Shown: positions 10,449 to 19,673, numbered from the stretch's first letter. The stretch: 64,000 bases of DNA from Chloroflexota bacterium (GCA_016875915.1 VGOM01000007.1:1-64000); one strand, 5' to 3'. The notes: generated by a model from the letters alone, not told the origin. Made by a program: numbers and translations.

Positions 10449-10476
10449 TGGATCCCGCATCAAGTGCGGGATGACA
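10449..10476. repeat. Conserved hairpin motif, copy 1 (TGGATCCCGCATCAAGTGCGGGATGACA)
   Basis: Perfect 8-bp stem ATCCCGCA/TGCGGGAT with TCAAG loop, about 80 bp downstream of the minus-strand MoCo gene stop. Same motif at 34546 and 40597. Confidence 0.7.
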
Positions 10477-10551
10477 AACAGAAAGGGAGCGCGGGTGGAC
10501 ATCGGGGGTGAGGCACGGGATTGCATTGGAGGGGAGTCCGCCGAGTGGGGT

Positions 10552-12759
10552 TCAGGAGGCCTTGGCCACTTCGACCAGGGCGGTGTTGTAGGGGAAGGAG
10601 CCGCCGGGTGAGTGCCTGTCAGGGGTGAGGACGTTGGCGCAGCCACCTCTGTCCACGCGGTCCGGATCCGGGGCATACCAGGCCCCGTGGGGCACATCGA
10701 CCACGCCGGGCATGATCCTCTCCGTGACGCGGGCCTTGATGAGTATCTGCCCCCGGTCGTTGAACACCCTGACCATATCGCCATCGTTGATGCCACGAGC
10801 ACGGGCGTCTTCGGAGTTGATCAGCAGGGCATGATCCTGGAGTTCCCTCAGCCAAGGGATGTTCTCGAACTGACTGAGGGCCCGCCTCTTGAGATGGGTG
10901 GTGATCAGCTGCAGCGGGTACTTCCGGGCCAGGGGATCGTTGCGGCCTTCCCAGCTCCCGATGTACTTGGGGACGGCGGGCAGACCGGGTATGCCCAGGT
11001 CCGCCCACTGCCGTGAGTAGATTTCGATCTTCCCCGAGGGAGTGGGGAAGGGGTTGGCGGCCGGGTCTTTCACCTGAGCCCTGAAGGCAACGTAGGGCTC
11101 GATGGTCTTCAAGCGGTACACACCCCGCTTCTTGAAGCGGCGGTAGTCATAGACGCCGTTGTTCATGGCCCGTTCCTGCAGTATCTGCTCCTCAGTCTTG
11201 TCCAGATAGCCCTTGATGCCCAGGCGCTCGGCCAGTTCGGCGGCAATGCGCCAGGGGGGCCGGGATTCCCCCAGTGGTTCGATGACCTTGTTGACGCAGC
11301 CGACGTAGGCCGAGCCCACCCCCGGGGTGACGTCGTTCCTCTCCATGAAGGTGGCCACCGGCAGTATGATGTCGGCGAACTTGGCCGTGGGCGTCATGAA
11401 CTGCTCTTCGACGACGATGAACTCCAGGGAGTTCAGCGCCCGGGCGATCTTGTTGCTGTCGGGGAACTGGACCAGGTAGTTGCACTGGGCGACCACCAGC
11501 GCCTTGTAGTCGGCGAAGTAGCCGCCGGCCCTGCCTCTGAGGATAGCATCAGCCAGCCTGGTGAAGTGGACCCGGGGTCTGCGGTAGAAGAGGGGGACCT
11601 TGCGGTCCGGCGGGAAGGCCCTCTCCACGGGGTTGGGCGCCCGGTCTATGGCGCTGGTCATGGAGTTCACCGGGTAGGGGAAACCACCCATGACCGACTC
11701 CCAGGCCCGGGCTCCGGCGTCCCCGCCGTGGATGCCGACGTTGCCGGTCATGGCGGCCAGGGTGATGGCGGCACGGTGGAACTGCTCGCCGTAGGCGGTG
11801 CGGCCCGGGGCGATGCCAGCCATCAGCGCCGCAGGCCGAGTGGTGGCGTACTGCCGGGCAAGCTCGACGATGGTCCCAGCAGCGACGCCGGTGATACCCT
11901 CCGCCCACTGCGGCGTCTTCGCTACACCATCCTCCGAGCCCAGGACGTAGTCCTTGAACCGGTCGAAGCCGACGGTATGCGCGGCGATGAAGTCCCGGTC
12001 GTAAAGCTTTTCGTCGACCATGACATAGGCCATGGCGATAAGCATGGCAGTGTCCGTCCCCGGCCTGATCGGTATCCAGCTGTCGGCGAAGGCGGCAGCG
12101 CTGTCGGTGTGCCGGGGATCAACGGAGATGATCGTGGTGCCGGCCTCCCGGGCACGGGCCAGATACCAGCAGGTGTTGGGGCCGGTGATGGTGCTGGCCG
12201 GGTCCCAGCCCCACATGATGATCAGCCTGGAGTTGAGTAAATCGTCGCGGGTGTTGCTGGCGAACCAGGTGCCGTAGGTAACCATCGAAGCGTACACCCC
12301 GGCCTGAAAGGAGGTCACTCCCCAGGGCGAGGTGTAGCCGCCGGCCATGCTCAGCAGGCGGTCCAGGGCCCCGAAGTTGTTCAGGGAGCAAACATCACCA
12401 GTCATCTGGGCCAGGATGATGGCTGGCGGACCGTAGGCATCCCTGACCCTCTTCAGCTCGGCGGCAACGGTGTCCAGGGCCTCGTCCCAGGAGGTGCGCT
12501 GGAAGCGGCCCTCCCCCCGGGGACCCGCCCGCTTCAGGGGATAGAGCAGGCGGTCCGGGGCGTAGACCCTCTGGCGGTAGGCCCGCCCCCGGAGGCAGCC
12601 GCGGAGCTGGGGCTCCTCGCCGTCGTCGCTCTCTATCCTGGTGATGACGCCGTCTCTGACGTGGACCTTGAGGAGGCAGGCACCGCCGCAGTGGCTGGCG
12701 CACATGGTGGCGATGACCCTGTCGCCGCCGGTCGATGTGCCGCCTTTGCCGTGACTCAT
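10552..12759 (-). CDS. Molybdopterin (Mo/W-bisPGD) oxidoreductase catalytic subunit, DMSO-reductase family, cytoplasmic, copy 2
   Basis: 735 aa. N-terminal CxxxCxxxC...C [4Fe-4S] motif (CASHCGGACLLKVHVRDG), no twin-arginine signal, C-terminal molybdopterin dinucleotide-binding beta-barrel region. Close paralog of 13226..15436. Confidence 0.85.
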   Translation of the reverse strand: MSHGKGGTSTGGDRVIATMCASHCGGACLLKVHVRDGVITRIESDDGEEPQLRGCLRGRAYRQRVYAPDRLLYPLKRAGPRGEGRFQRTSWDEALDTVAAELKRVRDAYGPPAIILAQMTGDVCSLNNFGALDRLLSMAGGYTSPWGVTSFQAGVYASMVTYGTWFASNTRDDLLNSRLIIMWGWDPASTITGPNTCWYLARAREAGTTIISVDPRHTDSAAAFADSWIPIRPGTDTAMLIAMAYVMVDEKLYDRDFIAAHTVGFDRFKDYVLGSEDGVAKTPQWAEGITGVAAGTIVELARQYATTRPAALMAGIAPGRTAYGEQFHRAAITLAAMTGNVGIHGGDAGARAWESVMGGFPYPVNSMTSAIDRAPNPVERAFPPDRKVPLFYRRPRVHFTRLADAILRGRAGGYFADYKALVVAQCNYLVQFPDSNKIARALNSLEFIVVEEQFMTPTAKFADIILPVATFMERNDVTPGVGSAYVGCVNKVIEPLGESRPPWRIAAELAERLGIKGYLDKTEEQILQERAMNNGVYDYRRFKKRGVYRLKTIEPYVAFRAQVKDPAANPFPTPSGKIEIYSRQWADLGIPGLPAVPKYIGSWEGRNDPLARKYPLQLITTHLKRRALSQFENIPWLRELQDHALLINSEDARARGINDGDMVRVFNDRGQILIKARVTERIMPGVVDVPHGAWYAPDPDRVDRGGCANVLTPDRHSPGGSFPYNTALVEVAKAS

Positions 12760-13223
12760 GCCTGACCCTGCTGCTTCTGGTACCAGAGCAGCTCGATCAT
12801 GACACCACCGACGCTGTCGGTGCCCAGGTAGGCGAAGGCCATCCAGCCCATGTTGTGCCAGAAGACGGGCTCAACGCCCTTGCTCTTGAAGCGGGCCAGC
12901 CAGCCGTGGAAATCGTCCACCTCGAAGCCCAGATGGTGCAGTCCCTCTCCCTTGGCGGCGAGGAACTCGGTGTAGATGCTCTCGCCCTGCAGAGGTTGGA
13001 TCAGCTCGATCTGTACGGGGCCGGACTGGGCGAAGGCCACCTTGATGCTGGTGCTGGTGGGCCGGCCACGGAGGAGGGCGCCCTCGAACTTGACCTCCGG
13101 GATGATGCCGAAGGGACCGATGCCGAAGGTGGAGTGGTAGAAGGCAGCGGTCCTGTCGACGTCCCGGACCACGATGCCTACCTGACTCAGCGGGGGAAGA
13201 CTCACGGGTGATTGGTCTTTCAT
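12756..13223 (-). CDS. VOC (glyoxalase/bleomycin-resistance/extradiol dioxygenase fold) family protein, copy 2
   Basis: Start taken at MKDQSPVSL. Conserved GIVVRDVD...HHLGFEVDD motifs. Paralog of 15433..15909. 4-nt overlap with the downstream MoCo gene. Confidence 0.7.
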   Translation of the reverse strand: MKDQSPVSLPPLSQVGIVVRDVDRTAAFYHSTFGIGPFGIIPEVKFEGALLRGRPTSTSIKVAFAQSGPVQIELIQPLQGESIYTEFLAAKGEGLHHLGFEVDDFHGWLARFKSKGVEPVFWHNMGWMAFAYLGTDSVGGVMIELLWYQKQQGQA

Positions 13224-13225
13224 GT

Positions 13226-15436
13226 TCAGATCCTTTCTACCTGCACCAGGGTGGTGTTGGAGCAGAAGGCCCCTCCCGGCGAGTGCTCGTCCCGGGTGAG
13301 GACATTGCAGCACCCTCCCCGGTCAACCCCATTCTCGTCGGGGTCATACCAGGCCCCTTGAGGGATGTCGACCACTCCGGGCATGATCCGCTCCGTGACC
13401 CTGGCGGGAATGACCATCCGGCCCCTGTCGTTGAACACCCTGACCATGTCGCCATCATTGATGCCCCTGGCCTGAGCGTCGGCGGAGTTGACGGACACGG
13501 CCTGAGTCTGGAGCTCGCGCAGCCAGGGCAGATTGTCGTACTGGGAGTGGGCCCGCCTCATGATGTGCGTGGTGACAAGCTGCAGCGGGTATCTGGCAGC
13601 AAGGGGATCACGGCGGCTCTCCCAGGTCTCGATGTACCTAGGGATGGGCGGAATCCGGGGATCGTCCATGTCCGCCAGGCGCTGGGAGTAGATCTCGATC
13701 TTGCCGCTGGGGGTGGGGAAGGGATTGTTCTGCGGATCTTCGATCTGAGCCTTGAAGGCCACAAACGGTTCGGCCATCCTCAGCTTGTGGATGCCGTCCT
13801 TCTTGAAGACATCGTAGTCGGCGATGTCGCGGCTGCCCTTGACGATCTCCCGCAGCCAGCCGTCCTCCGTATGCTCGCTGTAGTCGGCGACGCCTAGCTT
13901 CGCGGCCAGATCCATGCCGATCTGCAGGTGTGATCTGGCTTCGCCCGGCGGCTCGGCGGCCTTGTTCATGTAGCCGTAGAATCCCGTAGCGCCGTCCAGG
14001 GCAATGTCGTTCTTCTCCAAGGAGTTGCAGGTGGGCAGGACCAGGTCGGCGAACCTGGCCCCGGGGGTCGTGAACTGCTCGAAGACGACGACGAACTCCA
14101 GGCTCTTCAGGGCCCGGACGGCCTTGTTGACGTCGAGGTACTGATTGGGGTAGTCGGTGTCCACCAGATAGAGCAGCTTGTAGTCGGCGGGGTAGCCGCC
14201 GGCCCTGCCCCTGAGGATGGCATCGGACATCTTGGCGGTGTTGACCTGGCCACGCCTCATGGCCACGCCGAAGGCGGGGAGGGCATTGCGGCGGGGCGGG
14301 GCGTCGGCCTCAACGGGGTTGCGGGGCGATTTCGGACCACGGCCCAGGCTGAAGTAGGCCGTGGGACCGGCGGTGGGCCAGGAGCGTCCACCGGAGCTCC
14401 CGCCGTGGACGCCGACATTGCCGGTCATGGCGGCCAGGACCATGGCCGCCCGGTGATACTGCTCGCCGTAGGCGGTCCGTCCCGGAGCGATGCCGGCGAT
14501 GAGGGCCGCCGGCGTGGCGGTGGCATATTCCCTGGCGAAAGCAGCGATGGTGGCGGCGGGCACGCCGGTGATGGCCTCTGCCCAGGCGGGCGTCTTGGCC
14601 ACACCGTCCTCCAGTCCGAGGACATAGTGCTTGAAGTGATTGAGGCCCACGGTGTAGGTATCCAGAAAGGCCTGGTCCTGCAGGTTCTCCTTGATGATGA
14701 CGTAGGCCATGGCGATGAGCATGGCGGCGTCCGTGCCGGGGACGATGGGGATCCATTGCTGGGAGAAGGTGGCGTTCGATTCGGTGTACCGGGGGTCGAC
14801 GGAGACAATCCTGATCCCGGCCTCCCCGGCCTGGGCCAGGTACCAGGCGGTGTTGGTGTTCTGAATGGTCACCGAGGGATTCCAGCCCCACATGATGATA
14901 AGGCGGGAGTTGAGCAGGTCATCGCGGGTGTTGCCGGTGTCCACGGTGCCGTAGGTAGCCAGCTCGGCGAACAGTCCCCCGTCGAAGGAGAAGGTGCCCC
15001 AGACATCCGAGCAGCCACCGATCATATTCAGCACCTTGTAGTGGCACATGGCGTTGTGCAGCACGGAGGTATCACCTCCGGACCACTTGAAGAGGATGGC
15101 GGCGGGACCGTAGGTCTCCCGGACCCGGTTCAGCTCCCGGGCCAGGGTGTCCAGGGCCTCTTCCCAGGAGATCCGGGTGAACCGGCCCTCTCCGCGCTGG
15201 CCGACTCTCTTCAGAGGGTGCAGCAGCCGGTCGGGGGCATACATCCGCTGGCGGTAGGCCCGGCCGCGAACGCAGGCCCGGAACTGGGGATCGGCGCCGT
15301 CATCGGTCTCGATCCTGGCCACGACGCCGTCTTTGACGTGGACCTTGAGGAGGCATGCCCCGCCGCAGTGGCTGGAGTGCGTGGAGTAGATCACCTCCTC
15401 CGAGGCGGGCTGCCGATGGTCATGGTGAGCGCTCAT
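13226..15436 (-). CDS. Molybdopterin (Mo/W-bisPGD) oxidoreductase catalytic subunit, DMSO-reductase family, cytoplasmic, copy 1
   Basis: 736 aa. N-terminal CGGACLLKVHVKDG [4Fe-4S] motif. Collinear paralog of 10552..12759 with long identical blocks (LLNSRLIIMWGW, DRGGC). Confidence 0.85.
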   Translation of the reverse strand: MSAHHDHRQPASEEVIYSTHSSHCGGACLLKVHVKDGVVARIETDDGADPQFRACVRGRAYRQRMYAPDRLLHPLKRVGQRGEGRFTRISWEEALDTLARELNRVRETYGPAAILFKWSGGDTSVLHNAMCHYKVLNMIGGCSDVWGTFSFDGGLFAELATYGTVDTGNTRDDLLNSRLIIMWGWNPSVTIQNTNTAWYLAQAGEAGIRIVSVDPRYTESNATFSQQWIPIVPGTDAAMLIAMAYVIIKENLQDQAFLDTYTVGLNHFKHYVLGLEDGVAKTPAWAEAITGVPAATIAAFAREYATATPAALIAGIAPGRTAYGEQYHRAAMVLAAMTGNVGVHGGSSGGRSWPTAGPTAYFSLGRGPKSPRNPVEADAPPRRNALPAFGVAMRRGQVNTAKMSDAILRGRAGGYPADYKLLYLVDTDYPNQYLDVNKAVRALKSLEFVVVFEQFTTPGARFADLVLPTCNSLEKNDIALDGATGFYGYMNKAAEPPGEARSHLQIGMDLAAKLGVADYSEHTEDGWLREIVKGSRDIADYDVFKKDGIHKLRMAEPFVAFKAQIEDPQNNPFPTPSGKIEIYSQRLADMDDPRIPPIPRYIETWESRRDPLAARYPLQLVTTHIMRRAHSQYDNLPWLRELQTQAVSVNSADAQARGINDGDMVRVFNDRGRMVIPARVTERIMPGVVDIPQGAWYDPDENGVDRGGCCNVLTRDEHSPGGAFCSNTTLVQVERI

Positions 15437-15909
15437 TTCTCATCCTTCCCGCGTTTGGCCAGATGAAACAGCTCGAAGGTGACGCCGCCGATTCTGTCGG
15501 TGTTCAGATAGGCGAAAGAGGCCAGTCCCGGAAGCACCTGGTGGAACACCGGCCGCACTTCCTCCCTGCCGAGCTGAGACAGAAGTCCATCGTAGTCGTC
15601 CACGCGGAAGCGGAGGTGGTGCAGGCCTTCACCCTTGTGCCTCAGGAACTCTGAATGGGGCGTATCGCCCTCCAGGACCTGGATCAGCTCGATCTCGATG
15701 GTTCCGGAGCGGGCGAAGGCCATCTTCAGCCGGCAGCGGCCCGGCCTGTCCCTGAAGATGAACCCCTGCAGGTCAACCTCACTGATCTGGAAGGGGCCCC
15801 AGCCGAAGAGGGCGGTGAGATGCTCGACGGCCCGGTCAACATCGTGAACGACAATGCCCACCTGTTCCACCGGAGGCAGCTTCACCGCAGGCTCCAGACT
15901 GTCCGACAT
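15433..15909 (-). CDS. VOC (glyoxalase fold) family protein, copy 1
   Basis: 158 aa. GIVVHDVD...EGLHHLRFRVDDYD motifs. Overlaps the downstream MoCo gene by 4 nt. Confidence 0.7.
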   Translation of the reverse strand: MSDSLEPAVKLPPVEQVGIVVHDVDRAVEHLTALFGWGPFQISEVDLQGFIFRDRPGRCRLKMAFARSGTIEIELIQVLEGDTPHSEFLRHKGEGLHHLRFRVDDYDGLLSQLGREEVRPVFHQVLPGLASFAYLNTDRIGGVTFELFHLAKRGKDEK

Positions 15910-15925
15910 CAGAGCACAACTCCAA

Positions 15926-16498
15926 CTAATGGGCGATACCGGCAGGCTCCGACTTGGGCTTGAAGATCACGGCCGGCCGGATCTTGGTCTTGTAGGTGAA
16001 TCCCACGGCATGGTGGGCCCCGCCATACTTGGCCTGGAGATCCTCCAGCGGCCCGGCATCCAGGGCCCGCATGGGGCAGCCAGCGACGCAGATGGGCGCT
16101 TTGCCCTCGGCCCAGCGCTCGAGGCAGAAGTCGCACTTCTCCATCTTGGCGTTTTCTTCGGCGCCGAACTGAGGGGCCTTGTAGGGGCAGACCTCGAGGC
16201 AGCGCTGGCAGGAGTCCTTGCCCAGGCAGAGCCCCCGGTCGACGACCACTATGCCATCCTCATCCCGCTTGGTCATGGCGTCCACGGGGCAGGCGGGGAT
16301 GCAGGCCGGGTGGGTGCAGTGGTAGCAGGCAGCAGCCATGAAGGCCACGAAGGGGTGCGGATACTTGCCCTTCTCTATGGTGGTCACCCGCATCCAGCTG
16401 GCCGGGCCAGCGGGGACATCATGCCAGTCCTTGCAGGCCACCACGCAGGCGTAGCAGCCGGTGCATCTGGTTTGGTCAAAGTAGAAAGCCAACTGCAT
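15926..16498 (-). CDS. DmsB-type 4x[4Fe-4S] ferredoxin electron-transfer subunit
   Basis: 190 aa. Four Cys clusters (CTGCYACVVAC, CYHCTHPACIPAC, CQRCLEVC, CDFC...CVAGCP) in the DmsB/PsrB arrangement. AGGAGG RBS. Confidence 0.85.
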   Translation of the reverse strand: MQLAFYFDQTRCTGCYACVVACKDWHDVPAGPASWMRVTTIEKGKYPHPFVAFMAAACYHCTHPACIPACPVDAMTKRDEDGIVVVDRGLCLGKDSCQRCLEVCPYKAPQFGAEENAKMEKCDFCLERWAEGKAPICVAGCPMRALDAGPLEDLQAKYGGAHHAVGFTYKTKIRPAVIFKPKSEPAGIAH

Positions 16499-16575
16499 GC
16501 GGTCAGTCCTCCTTCTTCAGAGCAGCCCTGAGCCCGTGGGTGGACGCGAGCGTTTCAGAGCACTCCCGGCACGCG

Positions 16576-18372
16576 TCATGAGGCAGAACGCCCCTTCCTG
16601 GCCCTCGTGAGCAGCGCAATGGCGGTCAATCCGGAGATGGCAAGACCTGTGGCCAGAAGCCACCACCAGGGGAAGAAGGGGCTCCGAGAAGGCGTCTCCC
16701 CACCGGGAACGTCGGGGCCCTCTGGGGCCGCCGGCGGGTCGGGAGTTGATGGCGGGGCATCCCCATCAGGGGTCACGGTTGCCGCGGTGAAGCGCTCCAC
16801 GGCCTCACGCGAGAGGTTGCCGGCGGTGTCGACGGACACGGCACGGATCTGGTACGCTTGGCCATCATCCAGCGCGGGCAAGGCGCAGATCCAAGTGTCG
16901 GTGCCCTGGCCATCAAGCCATCTCTCTGCCTGGACCCAGGCCGAGCCATCCCAGCAAGCGCGGTCGCTTCCTCTGCCAATGGCCACCTGCACCCTGGCGA
17001 TCTGCCCCGGCGGGGCATCCGAAGCAGTGCCGCTGACGGCGGACAAAAGTCCCACCAAATCGGGGACGTCCTCAATGGTGACCGACGGAGGAGCAGTGTC
17101 AACGGTGAAGGATTGTCCGGTCAAGGCACTCACGTTCCCGGCTGCATCAGTGGCCATCAGTTCCACCGAGTGGGCTCCGTCGCTGAGCTCTGTGACCGTG
17201 AAGATAATATCTTCGTCGGGCTCGTCGAACAAGCCATCGGCGGCAGCAGCCGCAATCCAGTGGCCGCCATCAAGCTCATATTGTACCAGCACGATCGGGC
17301 TGGTGGCATCCGAGGCGCTGCCGCTGAAGCCGGGTGTGCTGTCGCTCGTAACACTGCTCCCGGCAGGGAGTAGCAACACGCTGGGGGCGGTGGTATCCGT
17401 GACGAAGCTGGCGGAGAGGTAGCCGGCGGCTGCGGTGGAGTTGCCCAGAACGTCGGCAGACCGCAGCTCAACGGTGTGGGAGCCATCGCTGAGGCCAGAG
17501 AAAGCAACGGCGAACTCCTCCACCGGCTCATCGAAGGCCCCATCGGGCGATGAGGCCGCCGTCCACTGCCCGCCATCCAGGGAGCCCTCCACCGCGGCCG
17601 CCAAACTGCCGGCGTCCGCGGCGGTGCCATGGAGGATGACGTTCGAGGCGCCGATGTAGGCGGGGAGGGGTTCCAGAGCGAGAGAGGGCGCCGTGGTGTC
17701 TATGGCGAAGGTGTCGGCCACCGGGGCGCTGACGTTGCCAGCGGCGTCCCTGGCCCTAGCCTGCACGGTGTGCGGACCATCGGCGAGGGCAGCGGTGGTG
17801 AAGGAGTAGCCCTCAGAGAGGGAGTCGAAGGCGCCGTCAACGGCCGCCGCCACGGACCACTGTGCGCCGTCGAGGCGGAACTCCACCGCGGCTATGTGAC
17901 TGGTGGAATCCTGGGCCGAACCGGTCACGGTGGGGGTGTTGTCGGCCGAGGCGTCGGGAGACAGAGGGACGATGGAGATCATGGGTGGAACGGTGTCGAC
18001 ACAGAAGACGGCAACGGCGTAGTCGTCGGCCGCCGTGGTGTAGCCCGCCTTGGTCGTAGCTTTGACATCGGCCTGATGCCATCCATCATCGAGATCCCCG
18101 GCAATGAAGGTATAGGGTTCGACGGCTGAGCCTCCGAAGGCTCCATCAACGGGGGCCGCCGGCAGCCAGGGGCCGTCGTCAACCCTGTATTCAACAGAGG
18201 CGACGGGGCTGTTCTCATGTGCGGCCGTCCCGGTGAAGCTGACTGTATGAGCGGCGGCGTACTCCGGGTACGAATCAAGGCTCACGGAGGGGGCTGGCCC
18301 ATCCGCGTGAGCAGTGGCGGGCAACACCGGCGTGAGGAACACGGCGATCAAAGCCAGGGCCGATCCCAGCAT
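16576..18372 (-). CDS. Secreted cell-surface protein with about five tandem Ig-like repeats and a C-terminal TM anchor
   Basis: Signal peptide (MLGSALALIAVFLTPVLPATAHA). Roughly 90-aa repeats sharing DTTAPS...GTAxDxxS...VEFRLDGGxWxAA..DGAFD. C-terminus PFFPWWWLLATGLAISGLTAIALLTRARKGRSAS is a hydrophobic helix plus basic tail. Confidence 0.65.
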   Translation of the reverse strand: MLGSALALIAVFLTPVLPATAHADGPAPSVSLDSYPEYAAAHTVSFTGTAAHENSPVASVEYRVDDGPWLPAAPVDGAFGGSAVEPYTFIAGDLDDGWHQADVKATTKAGYTTAADDYAVAVFCVDTVPPMISIVPLSPDASADNTPTVTGSAQDSTSHIAAVEFRLDGAQWSVAAAVDGAFDSLSEGYSFTTAALADGPHTVQARARDAAGNVSAPVADTFAIDTTAPSLALEPLPAYIGASNVILHGTAADAGSLAAAVEGSLDGGQWTAASSPDGAFDEPVEEFAVAFSGLSDGSHTVELRSADVLGNSTAAAGYLSASFVTDTTAPSVLLLPAGSSVTSDSTPGFSGSASDATSPIVLVQYELDGGHWIAAAAADGLFDEPDEDIIFTVTELSDGAHSVELMATDAAGNVSALTGQSFTVDTAPPSVTIEDVPDLVGLLSAVSGTASDAPPGQIARVQVAIGRGSDRACWDGSAWVQAERWLDGQGTDTWICALPALDDGQAYQIRAVSVDTAGNLSREAVERFTAATVTPDGDAPPSTPDPPAAPEGPDVPGGETPSRSPFFPWWWLLATGLAISGLTAIALLTRARKGRSAS

Positions 18373-18444
18373 CCCAAGGCTCGCCACGAGGGGACACCGG
18401 GTCAAGGCAGGCCCCCGGGAATGGCAGCCTCCCACAGGCGCGAC

Positions 18445-18783
18445 CTAGCCCTCATCCGTTTCCCGGTCTATCCATTCCAGGTAGTCATCATTGCCGGCCA
18501 TGATGGGCAGGGCTATGATCTCTGGAACGGTGTAGCTGTGCGCACCTTTGACCATGGCAATCACCCGGGGGACGAGCGCCATCCTGGTCTTGGCGATGAG
18601 CAGGCTCTCCTGGGCGGAATCCAGTTTTCCCTGCCACCAGAAGAGCGAGTGCACGCCGGGGACGATGTTGACGCAGGCCACCTTCCGCTGATCCAGAAGC
18701 AGCCGGGCTAGCCGCTCGGCTTCCTCCTTTGATGCGGTGGTGATCAGCACCACCGCTTTGTCTGTACCCTTGGTCTCTGTCAT
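18445..18783 (-). CDS. cutA: Divalent-cation tolerance protein CutA
   Basis: 112 aa from ATG at 18783. VVLITTASKEEAERLARLLLDQRKVACVNIVPGVHSLFWWQGK matches the CutA1 fold. Confidence 0.8.
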   Translation of the reverse strand: MTETKGTDKAVVLITTASKEEAERLARLLLDQRKVACVNIVPGVHSLFWWQGKLDSAQESLLIAKTRMALVPRVIAMVKGAHSYTVPEIIALPIMAGNDDYLEWIDRETDEG

Positions 18784-18931
18784 GGAGAAGTGAACCTCCC
18801 TTCCGGATCCGCCCACTGGAAACAGCATGAACCAGGGAGCTCCGGGAGACCGTCTGTGCCTGAATGATAGCCTATGGGGCTGCCCCGAATCAAAGCGGGG
18901 CCGGCCCATGCGGAATGCCGTTTCCGCTGGA

Positions 18932-18960
18932 TGTACAACAGTCTCATGAGGAAGTATAAT
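18932..18960 (+). promoter_or_regulatory. Candidate sigma70-type promoter for the GNAT gene
   Basis: TGTACA, 17-nt spacer, then a perfect TATAAT at 18955-18960, about 80 bp upstream of the ATG at 19038. Confidence 0.35.
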
Positions 18961-19037
18961 CGTAGCTGAGCCGACACGATGCCCGGGTTGCGGCCCCATC
19001 GCGACAATGTCCCATATTCCACCAATCAGACGGAGGT

Positions 19038-19673
19038 TTGATGCAGAGCGGTGACCCTGACAGTCAGCAGAGATCAGTCAACAGGCGGACGGAGGTCGAA
19101 GAGGACCACCAGACCCAGCCAACAGGGGACGAGGAGGACTCCAGGCCGAGGAAGCTGGAGCTGGAGATCAGGGAGATCGAGGTGGATGACATCCCCGAGG
19201 TCTTTCACCTGGGCGAGCAGATCTTCACCGTGGACAGGGTGCCCACGCTCTACCGTACCTGGGACGAATACGAAGTCACATCGCTGTTCAACTCCGACCC
19301 GGAGTTCTGCCTGGTGGCCGAGATCGGCCATCTCATCGTGGGCTTCGCCCTGGGTACCACGGTGACCAAGACCAGATCATCATGGAAGTACGGCTATCTG
19401 GTCTGGTTGGGGGTGCTGCCCGAGTGGCAGCGTGACGGAATAGGCGGCCGACTCTTCGACAGGCTGGCGGAGAAGATGATTGAGGACGGGGTGCGCATGT
19501 TCCTGGTGGACACCGAGGCGGACAACACCCCGGCCCTGGATTTCTTCAAGAAGAAGGGGTTCACCAACCCCGAAGAACACATCTACCTCACCCTGAACCT
19601 CAAGACCTACCGGCAGATCCGGAGGAAGGCGCGGGGCGCGGCCAGAAAGCACCAGAATGGAAACCACTCCTAG
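19038..19673 (+). CDS. GNAT family N-acetyltransferase
   Basis: Acetyl-CoA binding region LVWLGVLPEWQRDGIGGRLFD. Low-complexity N-terminus makes the start uncertain. Confidence 0.75.
   Translation: MMQSGDPDSQQRSVNRRTEVEEDHQTQPTGDEEDSRPRKLELEIREIEVDDIPEVFHLGEQIFTVDRVPTLYRTWDEYEVTSLFNSDPEFCLVAEIGHLIVGFALGTTVTKTRSSWKYGYLVWLGVLPEWQRDGIGGRLFDRLAEKMIEDGVRMFLVDTEADNTPALDFFKKKGFTNPEEHIYLTLNLKTYRQIRRKARGAARKHQNGNHS

Noticed and set aside
16576-18372. Possible nucleotide-level tandem repeats or CRISPR-like array in the Ig-repeat gene
   Set aside because: The repeats are diverged at the DNA level and sit within one continuous ORF with a signal peptide. They are protein-domain repeats, not a DNA repeat array.
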